DNA of 64,000 bases from Microbotryum violaceum (GCA_001244265.2 CDLV01000007.1:186001-250000); one strand, 5' to 3'. Counted from the stretch's first letter, positions 37,526-50,855 are shown. Notes: generated from the letters alone by a model not told the origin. Program-made: numbers and translations.

Positions 37526-38615
37526 TCAACCGTACACGAGCCGGAAGACGTCGTTGTAGACGTAATAACTGCCGTCTGATTTCAGGAGAAGGACTCGAGG
37601 CGTTGTCAGTTCTCTTGCGGCTCTAGGAAAGAACTTTATCAAGCCTGCGGGGGTGGGGACTCACCGGCGGGCTTGAGGTGGAACGTCTGCGAGAAGGAAA
37701 GGGCGTTGGCTTCGTCTCCGGTCTGTTGATTCAATTAACCATCGTCAGGATTGCACACTCGCATCTTGGCAGCGAAAAGCCGAATTTCTTACGATCAATT
37801 GGCCGGTGACGAGTACGATCATGGACGCCTCGGTCTGGGACGCGGGCTGGGCGTCCATGGTCGTGATTCGGTGTTGGACGGTTTGGAAAGGGAGGCCCTG
37901 GGAGAAAGGAGAATGCATACACGAGGGGACGTCAGAGTTCCGAGGGGGGGGGGGGGGGGGGAGGTTTTTCTGTCGGATCGGAAAAAGGGGAAACTGACGA
38001 CGAGTTTTTCGACGATGGCGGTGGCGCCCGAGGTGGGTTGACCTTCGAACGAGAGCATCGAGTGATCCCTCTGGAATAGTGAAAGGTGATGATTGAGTGT
38101 TTTATTTCCGAAAGGTGGGCATGCCAGCGAGGAATGGCTCCCTCCGTGAAGCCTGAAGGGGAGGGAGCTACATTTCGACGGTGACGTACGTAAAGCGGTG
38201 CGAGACCACTGCGGTTCGAGTCAAAGGTCTGGTAGTAAAAGTCCGTAAACTGTGGAAGAGAAAGAGAGAAGGTGGGAACGGGTCAGCCCGGATGTAGTGG
38301 AAAGGCTAGCCTTGCATGCCGTCGCGAAGGAAGGTTGGGTCATGCACGACGTTGAGACGGCAAAGGACGACTGACCTGCTTGCTGTTGATGTGGCAGGTG
38401 CGTGAAGTGGAGAGGAGAGCACGAAAGTCAGCAGGATGCTACGTCGGCGGTGGTGCGTCGGCGGTGTCCGCTGAATCGGGTGAGCAGCTCTGCTCTCGCG
38501 GCGTTGGCACGTACGCGATCGCGTTGATGTCAGCCTGAGAAGAGACAAAGCGAGAGGGTGAGTGAGGTGCAGCAACAGAGCCCATGCGATGCTTGGCTGC
38601 TTGGCTGCTTACCAT
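37526..38615 (-). CDS. NTF2: Nuclear transport factor 2
   Basis: Spliced M|ADINAIA|KQ|FTDFYYQTFDSNRSGLAPLY|RDHSMLSFEGQPTSGATAIVEKLV|..HRITTMDAQP..MIVLVTGQLI|TGDEANALSFSQTFHLKPA|DGSYYVYNDVFRLVYG*. Confidence 0.93.
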
Positions 38616-38875
38616 GCTTGTGGACAGTGTGGGTGCGGGGTAGGGTGGGGGGTCGAGAGCAGAGCCCAGAAAGGCGCCAACAGAGTCCAGCTCGGTCCCG
38701 CTCGCTTGCCAGAGCTTGTCAGGCTTGTCAGGGGCAATACTATACGCCCAGATTCACATGCGCGCGCGTCCGACCTCTTCTCCGACCTCTTCAACGTGCT
38801 CACCCTCCGCGCCTCACCTGGCTCACCTGGCTCACCTGGCTCACCTATCTCCATCCGACACACACAATTCACATC

Positions 38876-41039
38876 ATGGCATCCGCAGCAGTCGCAGCAG
38901 CGCCCTCAACAGGCGGAGCAGCGGGCTCGTCCTCGCAAATGCCGGTGCAGCGTCGCACCTTCCAGGTCAGTGCCCGCTCGCACACGCGCTTGCCCCCTTT
39001 GCTCGCAGCAGCCGTCGGTCAGTCACCCATGATGCATGATGGGCCAGCTCACACTCTCTCTCCCTCTCCCAACGAGCACCCGACAGAACACGGAGAAGCC
39101 CATGGAAGTCAGGCTCAGCAACATGACAGCCGCAAAGGGTACACGTCTTCTGCTCTGTGCCTCGCCTCGTACTCTCTCTCCCCTCCCGCTGACACATGCA
39201 CGAACACCCACCCACCCACCCTCCAGCCGTCGCCGATGCCGTACGCACCTCGTTGGGTCCGAGGGGGATGGACAAGATGATCCAGACCTCGTCGGGAGAA
39301 GTCGTCATCACCAACGACGGCGCGACCATCCTCAAGCACATGTCGGTCATGCACCCCGCCGCTCGGATGCTCGTCGACCTCTCCGCCGCGCAGGACATTG
39401 AAGCCGGCGACGGCACCACCTCGGTCGTCGTACTCGCCGGTTCCCTCTTGGGCGCGGCGGAGAAGCTCCTCGCCAAGGGTATTCACCCGACCGTGATCGC
39501 CGATAGTTTCGCCCGAGCGGCGAGCAAGGTCGTCGAGTACCTCACCGAGATGTCGACCCCCGTCGATCTCTCGGACCGCGAATCGCTGCTCCGAGCAGCC
39601 TCGACCAGTCTCAGTTCAAAGGTGAGTCAAACCGAGCGAGAGCACCACACGTCCTGTCCGAACTAACAGGTGTTTGCCCCCACATTGTCCCCCTCACCAG
39701 ATCGTCTCGCAATACTCGTCGATTCTGTCCCCCATCGCCGTCGACTCGGTCCTGCGCCTCGTGACCCCCGCTTCGACCAACGTCGACCTGCGCGACGTGC
39801 GCCTCGTCAAAAAAGTCGGCGGTACGATCGACGACACCGAACTCATCGACGGCGTCCTGCTCAACCAGAATGTCATCACCTCCGCCGGAGGACCGACTAG
39901 GATCGAAAAGGCCAAGATCGGCATCATCCAATTTCAACTCTCCCCTCCCAAACCCGATGTGAGTTGGGGCCCCCAAGTCTTGCCCTTGAACAAGTAAAGG
40001 ATCATTCGTTTGACTGATCGCAACTCGTCCCCTCCACCCCCCCCCCGTCCAGATGGATAACCAAATCGTCGTCAACGACTACCGACAGATGGACAAGATC
40101 CTCAAAGAGGAACGTCTCTACATTCTCAACCTGTGTAAGGCGATCAAGAAATCGGGCTGCAACGTCCTCCTGATCCAAAAATCGATCCTCCGCGACGCGA
40201 CGAACGAGTTATCGCTGGCCTACTTGCAGAAACTCAAGATCTTGGCCGTGAGGGACGTCGAACGCGACGAGATTGAATTCCTGTCGAGGGCGTTGGGGTG
40301 CAAACCCATTTCCGACGTTGAACAAATGACGGCCGATAAATTGGGCGAAGCCGATCTCGTCGAAGAGACGAGCAAGAACGGCGCCAAGTTCGTCAAGATC
40401 ACCGGGATCAAGAACGCCTCGGGTAAAACCGTTTCGGTGCTCTGCACGGGAGCGAACGGTTTGGTGCTCGAAGAGTCGGAACGTTCGCTGCACGACGCGT
40501 TGTGCGTCGTACGTTGCTTGGTCAAGAAGAGGTACCTCATCGCCGGAGGAGGAGCACCCGAAATTCACGTGTCGAGGTTGTTGTCACAATACGCGCAATC
40601 GTTGAAAGGGATGGAAGCGTATTGTTTCGCCGCGTACGCCGAGGCGCTTGAAGTGATCCCGACGACCTTGGCCGAGAACGCGGGGTTGAACCCGATTGCC
40701 ATGGTCACCGAGTTGAGAAATCGACATGCTTTGGGTGAACGTACGGCCGGTATTAACGTCAGGAAGGGCGTGATTTCGAATATCCTGGAGGAGAATGTGT
40801 TGCAACCGCTTTTGGTCTCGACGAGCGCGATCGAGTTGGCGACCGAGACCGTCGGGTTGTTGTTGAGGATTGATGAGTGAGTGTCGCTTCATCTCTGGTG
40901 GCATTCATGTTTGATGGTCTCGGGCGATTGCTACACCCGGAGATTGGAACCTGACTATAATCCGGCGATTGCTACACCCGGAGATTGGAACCTGACTATA
41001 ATCCGTCTTTCTCTCCACAGCTACCACCCGTGTCGCTAA
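38876..41039 (+). CDS. CCT4: T-complex protein 1 subunit delta (CCT chaperonin)
   Basis: [137 protein letters not shown]. Confidence 0.97.
40923..41004. repeat. Perfect 41-bp tandem duplication in the last CCT4 intron
   Basis: GGCGATTGCTACACCCGGAGATTGGAACCTGACTATAATCC occurs twice and includes the CTGAC branch-site motif. Confidence 0.95.
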
Positions 41040-41340
41040 GTCTCGCCATTCGTACTTTCGCAGAGCTGTTCCATTTGCATTACAATGATCAAAAGACCTT
41101 TCTGAGCCATGCACACAACCTGTCGCACCTTTTTGTATGGCATGATGAGCAAAGAAAGAGAAGTCGGCAGACTCGAGCCGTGCGCCCACGTGGTGATCGA
41201 ATTAATTTCTTTTGGGTGACTTCAATTTCAAGTACTACTCATCAGAAGGACAAAGCGCTACAGCTGCGAGCGCTCAGCAAGACACGGGGTCGGAGAGAGA
41301 GGAAGAGTGGGAGAGAAGAGCCATGATTTATGGAGAGGCT

Positions 41341-42360
41341 TTAAACTCGGTTGAGGATCCAGAGCTGGTAAGCCGAGAGGACGGCACCGATCGAACCGAC
41401 GGCGGTGGCGACCTCGGGCGAAAGGTTGCCCTCGATCCAGCCGAGACCAGCGGCGAGGATGTCGAGCGAGTCGGCAATGACACCGACCTGGAGGGCACGG
41501 ACGACGACAGCGGAGGTGGAATCCCTCAACAGGAGACCGAGGGCGATGTCACGGGCACCGAACAATCGGACGGCTGAAGAGCGCAGAAACCGTGGTCAGT
41601 CTCGTGTCACCCACAGCCAACAACTACAGTAACAACTCACCAACCGACATCTCGGACTCGTTGCCAGGGTTGGTGGTGTTGGAGCCGACCGAGCCGCCGA
41701 CGGAGACGCCACTGGGGCCCTTGTTGGCCGAGAAGCCGAAGGCACGGGTGGTGAAGACTGCCACACGTTGGCAGCAATTCCCAGTCAGCCCTTCAGAACT
41801 TGGCGAGGTACCAAGAAGGGAGACTCACAAGCGGGGGCAATGAAGGCGGCGAGACCGGCAGCGACCTGGAAAGGGGTTCACACGATACAATAACGGAAGG
41901 AGCTCAGTCTATGAAGTGTGTCGATGATGGGCTGGGCACTCGGCTTGTGATCGGAGCGCGGCCAAGAGCGTTGCCGTAAATCGCTGACGAGGCGGCGCGG
42001 CGAGCCGAACGAGCGCAAGCCCGTCGGCCGCCGGAACGTGAAATGAAATCGAGCCGCTTACCTTGGCAACGGACAAGACCTGAATGGGCGTGCTCGACGC
42101 GTTGACGGTCAAAAGCGATCCGGGGGAGGAGAAGCCAGACATGTTTATAGGGTGGTGCTGTTGGAAGAAAACAAGCCATGGCAAGAGAGCGGGCGGGCCA
42201 GGCGAGCGGACCGCATCGAGGGTGGTGGGGGTGAGCGAGTGAGACGACCATCGATCAGATTCCATCGGTGAAGGTGCGGGGCGCGATATGCCGACAGCGA
42301 GAGAGAGAGAAGCAGGCGAGAAGAGAGTCAGTGCCGGGTACTACGTTCGACGAAGGACAT
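41341..42360 (-). CDS. Small multi-exon membrane protein, DUF4267-like (start uncertain)
   Basis: Exons VAAGLAAFIAPA|FTTRAFGFSAN...|AVRLFGARDIALGLLLRD..ALQVGVIADSLDILAAGLG.. with hydrophobic helices and the G.RD..LG / D..D pattern. Several small 5' exons. Confidence 0.55.
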
Positions 42361-44030
42361 GAGGCGCACTGACCTTGGGTGGTGGTTAAGTGGGTGAAAA
42401 ACAGTGAGGAGGGCTTTGGTAAAAGTTGGGTGAGGGGAGGGAAGGAGAGAGAGGGAGAAGCAACCTGAGCCGGTGCCACGCCAGCGAGCGGGCTTTCGTG
42501 GAATTGCGAGCGCCGGTGACGACGACGTCATTTTCTCGCCACGCCACGCCAGCGCCAGCGCCGACCCGGCCGCGATCGGGCGCGCATCATCTCGGCGTGA
42601 AATGCGACTCGCAACGGCGCGTTGACTTGACGCGTTCGGTAGTAGTTGAGCCCATCGCAGTCCTTGCGGATAAAATGATTTTCGAATTTGATGACGGCCC
42701 GGTGTACGGAGGCAGGTTCTCATAATGGCTTCTCTGTCTCCTCGAACACCCCACTGCACCAGGTCGATTCGGAGCGGGCCGACTCGAGTCCTCTCGGCAG
42801 GCGAGCACGAATTGTTCAACGTCACAGCTCCGATCAATGTGGGGCCTCGTAGGTTCCAACTGCCCCTCGACCAGTGTACCTCGCTCACCCGCACAAAGAC
42901 CTTCTGATACCTATGTGTGCAACCGCAATACTGCGCTTCTTTTTCAATGGTCGAAGGAACGCGATGTCCCACTCCTTCGTCCCGTGACCGAACGCCGCGG
43001 ACTTGGCCTTCGGACCCCCACTCGATCTCTTCGGCGCTATCGGCGACAAACAATTGCATTGGCAACAAAATTCGAACAAACTCGGGAAGACTCCCATTTG
43101 GACGATCTTCTCGATCTTCTCCTTTGCTACGAGCCGAAAGAAAAGCGACCCGACCTCTGGACGCCGTGACAAAGAGATCGCTTGAACATTCATCCCCACT
43201 TGAGCTCCTTCGCCGAATCGTGGGTCAACAGGTACAGCTCGACAACTGTCGATCGGTAGGAGCGACAGGTACTTCAGGACTCAAAACAGTTACCCCAAGT
43301 GGTGGCAGGCTCGCCGACCATGGGTCCGGCGAGCATGTCGCGGGCACGGCGGCCGCAGACCGACTCCCTTCTGTGCTCATCATTAGGCCCGAGTGATCAG
43401 TCACGTGCTCTGCCGATGTGGGGGAGAGGGGTCCATGATGATACCTTGCCGAATGCGTTGATGCTACTCACAGGATGGTTGGCGTGGACGGGTACTATGG
43501 CCGAATAAGTTGAATTCGAGTACGAAGAGGTGGTATAGCGTCCGTGCGATGCGTGACTCGCGAGACGACGCGGGCCGAGTGGAAGCTCGAGGGCAAAGAG
43601 CTGGGTGGCATCTGGCCCTCAGCGTCTCAGCGCTCAGCGCCAGACGACGGCAAGGTGGCCGCTATTGTACTCCTGCAAGAACTGTGGTCTCTGGGTCGCG
43701 ATGGAGAAAAATTTGACCCAGTAGCAAATATAAAGGCGTTCTCGGATTTGTTATGTTTTTCATCGCTGCTTCGAAGAAGAAGGATAAAGAGCAGTGGGAT
43801 CGACGATCCCAGTCCCGCACAAGAGCTTTTGGCTACACTAACATCCGCGATCTATTATTTCGAGGGACCACTTCTATCTGTGTTCATTCGAGGTACGCGC
43901 GGAACGTCTTGGGCGCTTTGCCGGCATAGGATCGGGGTCCAGCTTTCGTTTCGGAGGGGCTGCAGACTTCACGGCGACCTTCCGACTGCGTTTGAAGTGA
44001 GGTGAAGTCTCCGTTCAAACAAGATAGATA

Positions 44031-45751
44031 TTAGAGTTTAGCAATAGCTCGAAATTGGAAGACCGTTCCTGTCATCGGGCTCACAATCAGTTCCTCTTGC
44101 AGCTCACCCTTGAGCGAGCCCGGAGCATCGTCTTCGTCTTCCCTAGGGACCGGTTCTTCCTCCTCGCCCTCCTCTTCACCTTCATCGTCATCTTTCGCTT
44201 TCCGTTTCCCCTCTTTGACTGTGGATTCTTTCTTGAACTTTTGTAAGAGCCCCGGCGGCAGCTTTTGTACCGAAGAGATGACCGCTGAGGTCCGCCCGCC
44301 CACGGTTATGAAGGTCACGGTCGTGGTCTCCCCATTCGGCTGCGAGGGATAGAATGCAATCGCAAGTTGAGTACAATCTCAGTCTAGGGTTTACCTTTGC
44401 CTTCAAGAGGCATATAGTTTCAAGACTCACCAAAACGAAGGTTTTGCCCCCACTTTTGCCCTTGCTCCACCTCGCACCGAAAAGCCAATGACTAGGGAAC
44501 TGGCGCGATTCGGCATCGACCGCGCATGCCGTGTTGGTGACGTTCACAATTTCGGAATGTAGTCTAATGAGTTCTTCTGGTGCTAGAGCGGACGCGGGAT
44601 GGGAAGGGTGCTGAAGATGGTGCGTCGATGAAGGGTGTTAGCGACGACGCTCCAGGAGATGTAGCGACCGGTCCGTAATAGCTACCAGCTTGGCTTGATA
44701 GAGGATCTCATCAATCATCCAGTCTGCTCAAAGAAGTTCCCATCAGGATATCTTTGACCTGAGGTGCTCCAGCTTCGGACTCACTCCCGATGCCACAGAG
44801 AGGCCCATTCTGATCCAGCAACACGGCTTTGACAGGGGCGTTTCTTTTGCGCAGAGCTTCGGCGAGCACCTCGACGGATGGCATAGCCAAGAACGGATCA
44901 GCGCCTAGATAGACAAAAGACTACAATCAGCTTTTACGCTGGGAGACTGCCTTGCGGAGATGCGTGTACCTACCTAATGAAACCAGAGGTTCCTGCTCCT
45001 CGGCGACACCTTCGATCAATTTGATCCTTCCGAATCGTCTCGAATCACAGAATGCCCATTCGGACCCTGCCAAATCACTTTGAGATTGATCAGAGAAGTG
45101 TTCAAGATCCAGACATCCGCGATCCACTGACCATCATCGAACTTGAAGCAAGCCTTGGCATACTTTGGTGGCCACACGTTCGGATCCGTCTTGGCCCTCG
45201 GTGCTCGATAGACGGGACCCGATTCGCCTCGTACGACGGATGTTCCCGACATGCCAAAGTGGAAGATTGGAGTGATTGGGGCATCCAAGATGAGCTGGGA
45301 GGAGATGAATTCAGGATGTCAGCTGCGTGTCGCGTCAAGTGGTTTGACATCGCGTGGCGGTTCCCACGTTGCACCATCGTGCATACGGCTCGTCGTTCAG
45401 ATGGAAGAGCCATACCAGTGTCAAAGTCTCTTCAGAGCTCAGCTCCACCTTCTATGACTCACGTAAAAGTTCTTGCCCTTTCTCCGCACCTCCTGAACGA
45501 CCCGCCCCTGACAAGCGGTTGCGAAAGCGGCAGCCGTCGTGCCACCAAACACGATCGTGTCTTCCAAGGCGATCACGGATACTATCTTTCTTCCTACTGC
45601 TAGCCTATCAGAGTCATCATATCCGAGTAGCAAGTGCCGTCAGCTGCTGGCTAGAGCGCGGTGTCCGACTGGACTCGACCACGTGTGGGGAATGGGCGAC
45701 TCACCTTTCGAGTCGCCGACGCGCTCGCTCGACTTCGGGTAGCTCGGGCAT
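44031..45751 (-). CDS. FPG1: Formamidopyrimidine-DNA glycosylase (Fpg/MutM, fungal type)
   Basis: Catalytic N-terminus MPELPEVERAR; VRRKGKNFY; PIFHFGMSG; WPPKY; WAFCDSRRFGRIKL; H2TH region PVKAVLLDQNGPLCGI..WMIDEILYQA; FPSHWLFGARWSKG; FITVGGRTSA, with no Cys4 zinc finger. Confidence 0.92.
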
Positions 45752-46665
45752 CACTGAGGGCAGTTGAGGTACGACAAAGTTGCGCCAGTAGGATGAGGAT
45801 ATGCCAAGAAAGTTGTAGAGCGGCGGGAACGGCCGGGCAGGTAGGGGAAGCGTGCGAGGGCAAAGTGGGGGTCCGCACTCGGCAGCTTCGACTCGGAGTT
45901 CCCGCCTGATGGGCTTTATAGAATGTTCAGCCACGATAATCTCATCTCGATAATTGATCCTGATACTAATCGCTGTATCCTACGTTTCTGCCACCAGGAA
46001 TGTACCTTTTTACTGCTTTTTTGAGACCGCGCGGATGTGGGCCGGGCCCGCGATGGCCAAAGTGCTTAAGCTGGCGCCGGCGCGCGCCGTTGCCCCGGCT
46101 CTCCTGTCGCCGATCGACGGTCAGCTAGCCAAGTATACGAGGGTGACGTCGGATGAACGGAGTCATCGATCAACCTTCTCTCCAGCCAGGTGATGTGCTG
46201 GTTTTCCGGCAAGATGTGGTGTAGGAACAACAGCACCTGCGACGTGGTTCGGCCTTATTCCATTAGATCGTCTCGGAGAACAATAGGGTACTCTTTCGCG
46301 CGAGCTGAAGGGCGTGGAAGGGCGCCGATACGCGTGTGTGTTGCCGCGCCGGCGAATGACTGGCTTGAGCTCTGGCCGTTCAAACCCAAATCGCCCCAGC
46401 CCTCGACGGCGAGGGTTTGCAAGGCTGCTTGACTCCAGGTAGTCGCACTTTCTTTTTTTCATTGTGCCCGAGTCTGGACGCGCCAAGAGCCTGTATCTAT
46501 CGCATCGTACCTCCAACCCTGCTTTCGACGCGTTCCAGCTCGCTCGGTTGCTCGGTCGCTCGGTCGCTCTTCCGTCATCAAGCGGCGCACCCTCCCGCCC
46601 CGAAAGCCCCGCCCCGAAAGCCCAGCCCCCCGTCCCGTTCTGAAAGCGCTGCAACACGCCCGGTC

Positions 46666-48181
46666 ATGAGCTCGTCCCGGACCCACCGCACCGCCTACCT
46701 CGGCAATGGCTCCCAACCGGTCGCTCTCGCACCGCCCTTGTCGAGTCTCCCGCTGCCAGCGTATGCACGAAGCGTCGTGTCGACCTCCGACCCCTCCGCC
46801 GCCGCGCCGGCTCGTAGCCGACTCCGGAAAGAGGACCGTCGCGACCGAGGTGGCAATGTCTTGCCGCCAGGTTCAGGCACAGGCTATGGCCAAACGACCA
46901 AGGAAGGCGTCGTCAGTAACGGCATGGAGAAGGGCGGCGTCGCACCGAGGATACAGGCGACCGTGCAGTACGCCAAGGAGCGCAGGCAGCAGCGCAAGGA
47001 ACGGAGAAACGGCGACGGCGTCATGCGGAGAAACATGCCCGTCGATGATCATGGCGTCGCTCATGATTCAGAGTGTCAGTTCAGTATTTGGCCCAGCGAT
47101 GGGTGGCCCCTTTTGCGTTTGCGAGACCGGGTCAAACCGTCTAGGCGAATGTTCAAGTGGGGCAGTCGGCCCCGAGTATGATCCCTGATACCCCATGTGT
47201 TTCCCACCTTCCCCCTTTTCCGTCACCAGATGTCCAATTCAGGACGGCAACACCAGTCCATGTCCACTCGCAACGGAATCAACTCGGCCCCAGACGCGAA
47301 CACGACGAAGATGGCTCAGCGTCCGAATCTTCGGCCTCCACCTCGTCCTCGACCGAAGACTCGGGGGCATCTCGCTTCGGCCCAACACCTTATAGCTACC
47401 AAGCGACGACAAGACGGAGTTCGTCGTCGACGTATCACTATACCGCACCTATGGGGTCCACCGTGTCCGCGATCCCGAGCTACCTCGCACCTCAACCGCA
47501 TCGGATAAGTCTCGATCGGACAACCTCGCTCGCTGTTCCACGTGCACCTTCCCCACGGCGGAAGAGCGGCGACTACAACCCTTCCGTGTACCGTATGGCA
47601 ACATCGGGCTATGATCGTAGTGCAGGTGGGAGCGTCTATGGTTCCTATGCCAGTGGTATCGGGCTGGGGCAACCGATGGGGAAAAATAAGGCCATATCCT
47701 CGACGAACGGCGATCTGAGACGGCAGACGACATCCTCCTTTCAACCACCGGCACCAACGTTTTCCTCGCGGCCACCAGACTTTGACCCACTTTCCCAATT
47801 GAGTGTCACAGCGCGCGCCGTTTCCTCCGTCGACGCGAGGTCCCTCTTAGGGTCGACGGCCAGGCTATCCTTGTCCAGTTCGGCCGAAGGCTCGGTCGAA
47901 CCGGTCGGCAATGGGTACAACAAGTATGCATTAAAGGAAGCGAGTACACGGCCACCAAATATGGAAGGGACCGCACTCGACGCAGGTGTGCACGGGATGA
48001 AGCGAAGTTGGGATGGATTTAAGCTCGAGATGAAGTTCGGTCCGTCTGGTCTTTCGAGTCGGAGCTTATCCCTGGTGGGGTTCTAACGCGTAATTGTACC
48101 CTCCCTGCTCTCTATCTAACAGGCACCCACAAGGTTGGCAAAAAGATATCTCGGAAACTGACCAACTCCCTCGGCGTTTGA
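46666..48181 (+). CDS. Hypothetical Ser/Pro/Arg-rich protein (three exons)
   Basis: Long ORFs 46666-47070 and ~47230-48040 joined by GT-AG introns. The last exon reads GTHKVGKKISRKLTNSLGV*. No family recognised. Confidence 0.6.
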
Positions 48182-48649
48182 ACAAGAACCCTTCATCGCA
48201 CTACACTCCTGGTCAACAGACGGAGGGGGTTTCTTTCTCCTCTCTCTCCCCTTTACCCCTCCTCCCCCCCTCCCCCCCCCGCCCGCCCCGTTCCGCTCCG
48301 CCTCGCCTGTTTGTACGACTAATGCATCTCCCTTGTCGTCGACATTTTATACCCCAATGGGCTCTCTCTCTGTCTCTGTCTCTGTCTCCTCACTTCTCTC
48401 TCCCTCTGTCTTTTCTGTTCGAGCAAAGGACCGAGGGAGAACGCCCCCTCTCTATGATACGTCAGAGCTCCCCAACGCTTGCAATGCACCCCTCGGATTT
48501 ATTGTGCTCCATCTCGCTTCGATCATGTGCCGTTTGTGTAAATGCGTTTGGCATCATTAAGTGTTTTAACTGCATCTTCAAATTTAGGATACAGCATAAC
48601 AACAAGATTGCTAAACAGGAAAGGTAGAAAATCAAGAAAGAACAGCACC

Positions 48650-49650
48650 TCACAAACTTCTAACGTCCCTGAGGTGATCCTCCTGCGGCTCATCCTGGAC
48701 CTCCGCTCGCAAACCCGTGACTTCCTCCAACGTCCACCGTTCTTCCTCAGTCAAAATTAACCCTTCAAAAGCTTTCCTCTTATCTTCCATCGTCACCTCG
48801 GGCCCATTTGGATTCGTCAATGCCTTAGCCAGGACGGGTCGATCGAGAAATTGTAGAACTCGTTCGAGCTGCGCGAGGTATCGACTCTGTGTCAAATGGA
48901 GCTTGAGCGCGTTGAGGATTGGAGAAAGGGTTTCTTGCGGGTTCTCGACGGCGACTGGTGGGGAGGGATTGGTGGAGAGGAGGATGAGGACTTTGGAAGC
49001 TGTGAAAGAAAAGGTTGGTACGCCTCGCTGTGGTCCGAGAATGGGTTTTCAGAATCAGCTGGTGTGAGATTGGTGGCGTGCTTTCGCCGTTGAAGATCGT
49101 ACGCACGTAGTTTTTCCACTTTCTCGCAATCTCAACAATCATCGGTCCTTGCTCTTTCCATGCTCCAGCTCCTACGAGGCCTTCTGGATCCTTTTCCCAA
49201 AGCTTGAGGAAAGATCTGAGGATCAAATCGAGCACTTCGACGTCTTCGGACCCGTCACCACGTATATAGCTGTTGCCGTTCGAAAGAATGAGGGCGAGAT
49301 TCAGGCTGGTGAGGTAAGAACGTTGGAGGTAGTGGTGCTGAATCGCGAAGATCTTCCGGCGGTGAAGGTCTTTGAGCTGCGAGGTGGATCCATGGTCCTC
49401 TTGCAGTGGGATTGGGGAGGGGGAGCTGGATTGAGTTTCAGAGGTAAGGTACCACTACGATCAAGCGTTCAGTTCAGCAACTTGCGAAATGTGCTTGCAA
49501 GTCCCACACGCTCTCACGCACCTCGGGTTCCTCCAACTTGGCCGAATAGTCCCTCGCCTGGAGTCGGGCCGCTTCGATCCTCGCTCGTCGGGCCAGTGTG
49601 GCCGAGTCATCCTCGTAATCAGAGATGTCCAGATCCGCGAATTCGTCCAT
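48650..49650 (-). CDS. Hypothetical protein (about three exons)
   Basis: MDEFADLDISDYEDD..ARDYSAKLEEPE|WYLTSE...EVLDLILRSFLKLW...KWKNY|...EDHLRDVRSL*, with GTGCGT donors. Confidence 0.6.
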
Positions 49651-49821
49651 GAGCGTCGTTGAAGTTGGCTATGCGATGAAGAAAGAGGCGCGAGGAAGGG
49701 CCAGGTGGCGAACAACTTCGCTCGTGCCTCCTTGCCCCTCCTTGCCCTCCTCCGCATCTCGCAGGGTCACGTGACTTTCCGACTTCAGCTCGGCCTCACT
49801 GGGGGACCCAACAATGCCACG

Positions 49822-50786
49822 ATGAACCAACCCGCAAGCGATACCAAGCACATCAAAGCACTCCCTTACTCTTTCCCGGATGGTCGGGTGATCGAGCTCT
49901 TGCAGGATGACACTCTAGGCGATTCGACGGGACGATCCCTTTGGCTTGGCGCGCAGTTGCTCGTGTTGTACTTGCATTCGGTGTTGCACAAGGTCAAGGT
50001 CTTGACGAAGGGGAAGGATGGTGGGTGGAAACGGAGAAGAGCTATCGAGCTTGGGGCAGGGACAGGTACGTACAGCCACGTGGTTTCAAAATGACCCCTG
50101 TCACCTCCCACACGTGAAGCCCCACAGGCTGAAACTGATAAAGGACTTTCTTTCTCTCAGGCCTTGTGTCCATGTACCTCCACTCCCAAGGTTACGACGT
50201 CCTGTCAACCGACATGCCCTTCATTGCCCACTCCTGTCTAAAGGCCAACTTTGACCATAACCCAGGTTTGACCTCGAATTTTACCATGCTTGATCCGTCG
50301 ATCGTTCCTCCGAGGTTCTATGCAAAGGGACTGGATTGGTCCGTCTCTTCTTCCGAATGGTCTTTCGACGATCCGAGGGACGTCGCCTCGACTCCAGGCC
50401 CCAGCCAGTCCGGTGCCGATCCCGAGGAGGAGAATTGGACCCCTCCCGGATCCCCCATCGACCCTCCCTTCGACCTCATCGTCTTATCCGACCTCATTTA
50501 CTCTTCTGCCCTCGTCGAGCCCCTCCTCAACACCCTACGATCCCTCTCCGACCTTTCCCCTCTATCAACGACCTACATCGCCGTCGAAGTCAGGGACCCC
50601 GAATTGATCTCGGGCTTCTTTGTACGAGCCAAAGGGGACGGGTGGAAGTGCTCCAAAGTTGATCAACTCATATTGAACAAATTGATGAGGGCGGCTGCAT
50701 GGGATGAGCTGGGCTGGGAGGGCGTCGAGGTCTGGTGTCTCAAGCGAAGGAGCAAGTCGAAACTACCCTTTAGGAAGCAGGCTTAA
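49822..50786 (+). CDS. Seven-beta-strand protein lysine methyltransferase (Methyltransf_16 / METTL21-like)
   Basis: STGRSLWLGAQLL; motif I AIELGAGTG|L; LSTD; LDW; FDLIVLSDLIY (DxxY); YIAVEVRDP. One intron. Confidence 0.88.
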
Positions 50787-50855
50787 TTCACACCTTTGCA
50801 TAGTGTTGAATAGACAGGCAGTGACTAATGTAATGGTGGGTAATTGTGTTTTCTG

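Noticed and set aside
42700-44005. Plus-strand ORF fragments between the DUF4267-like gene and Fpg
   Set aside because: Stops interrupt the coding-like frames and no family is recognisable.
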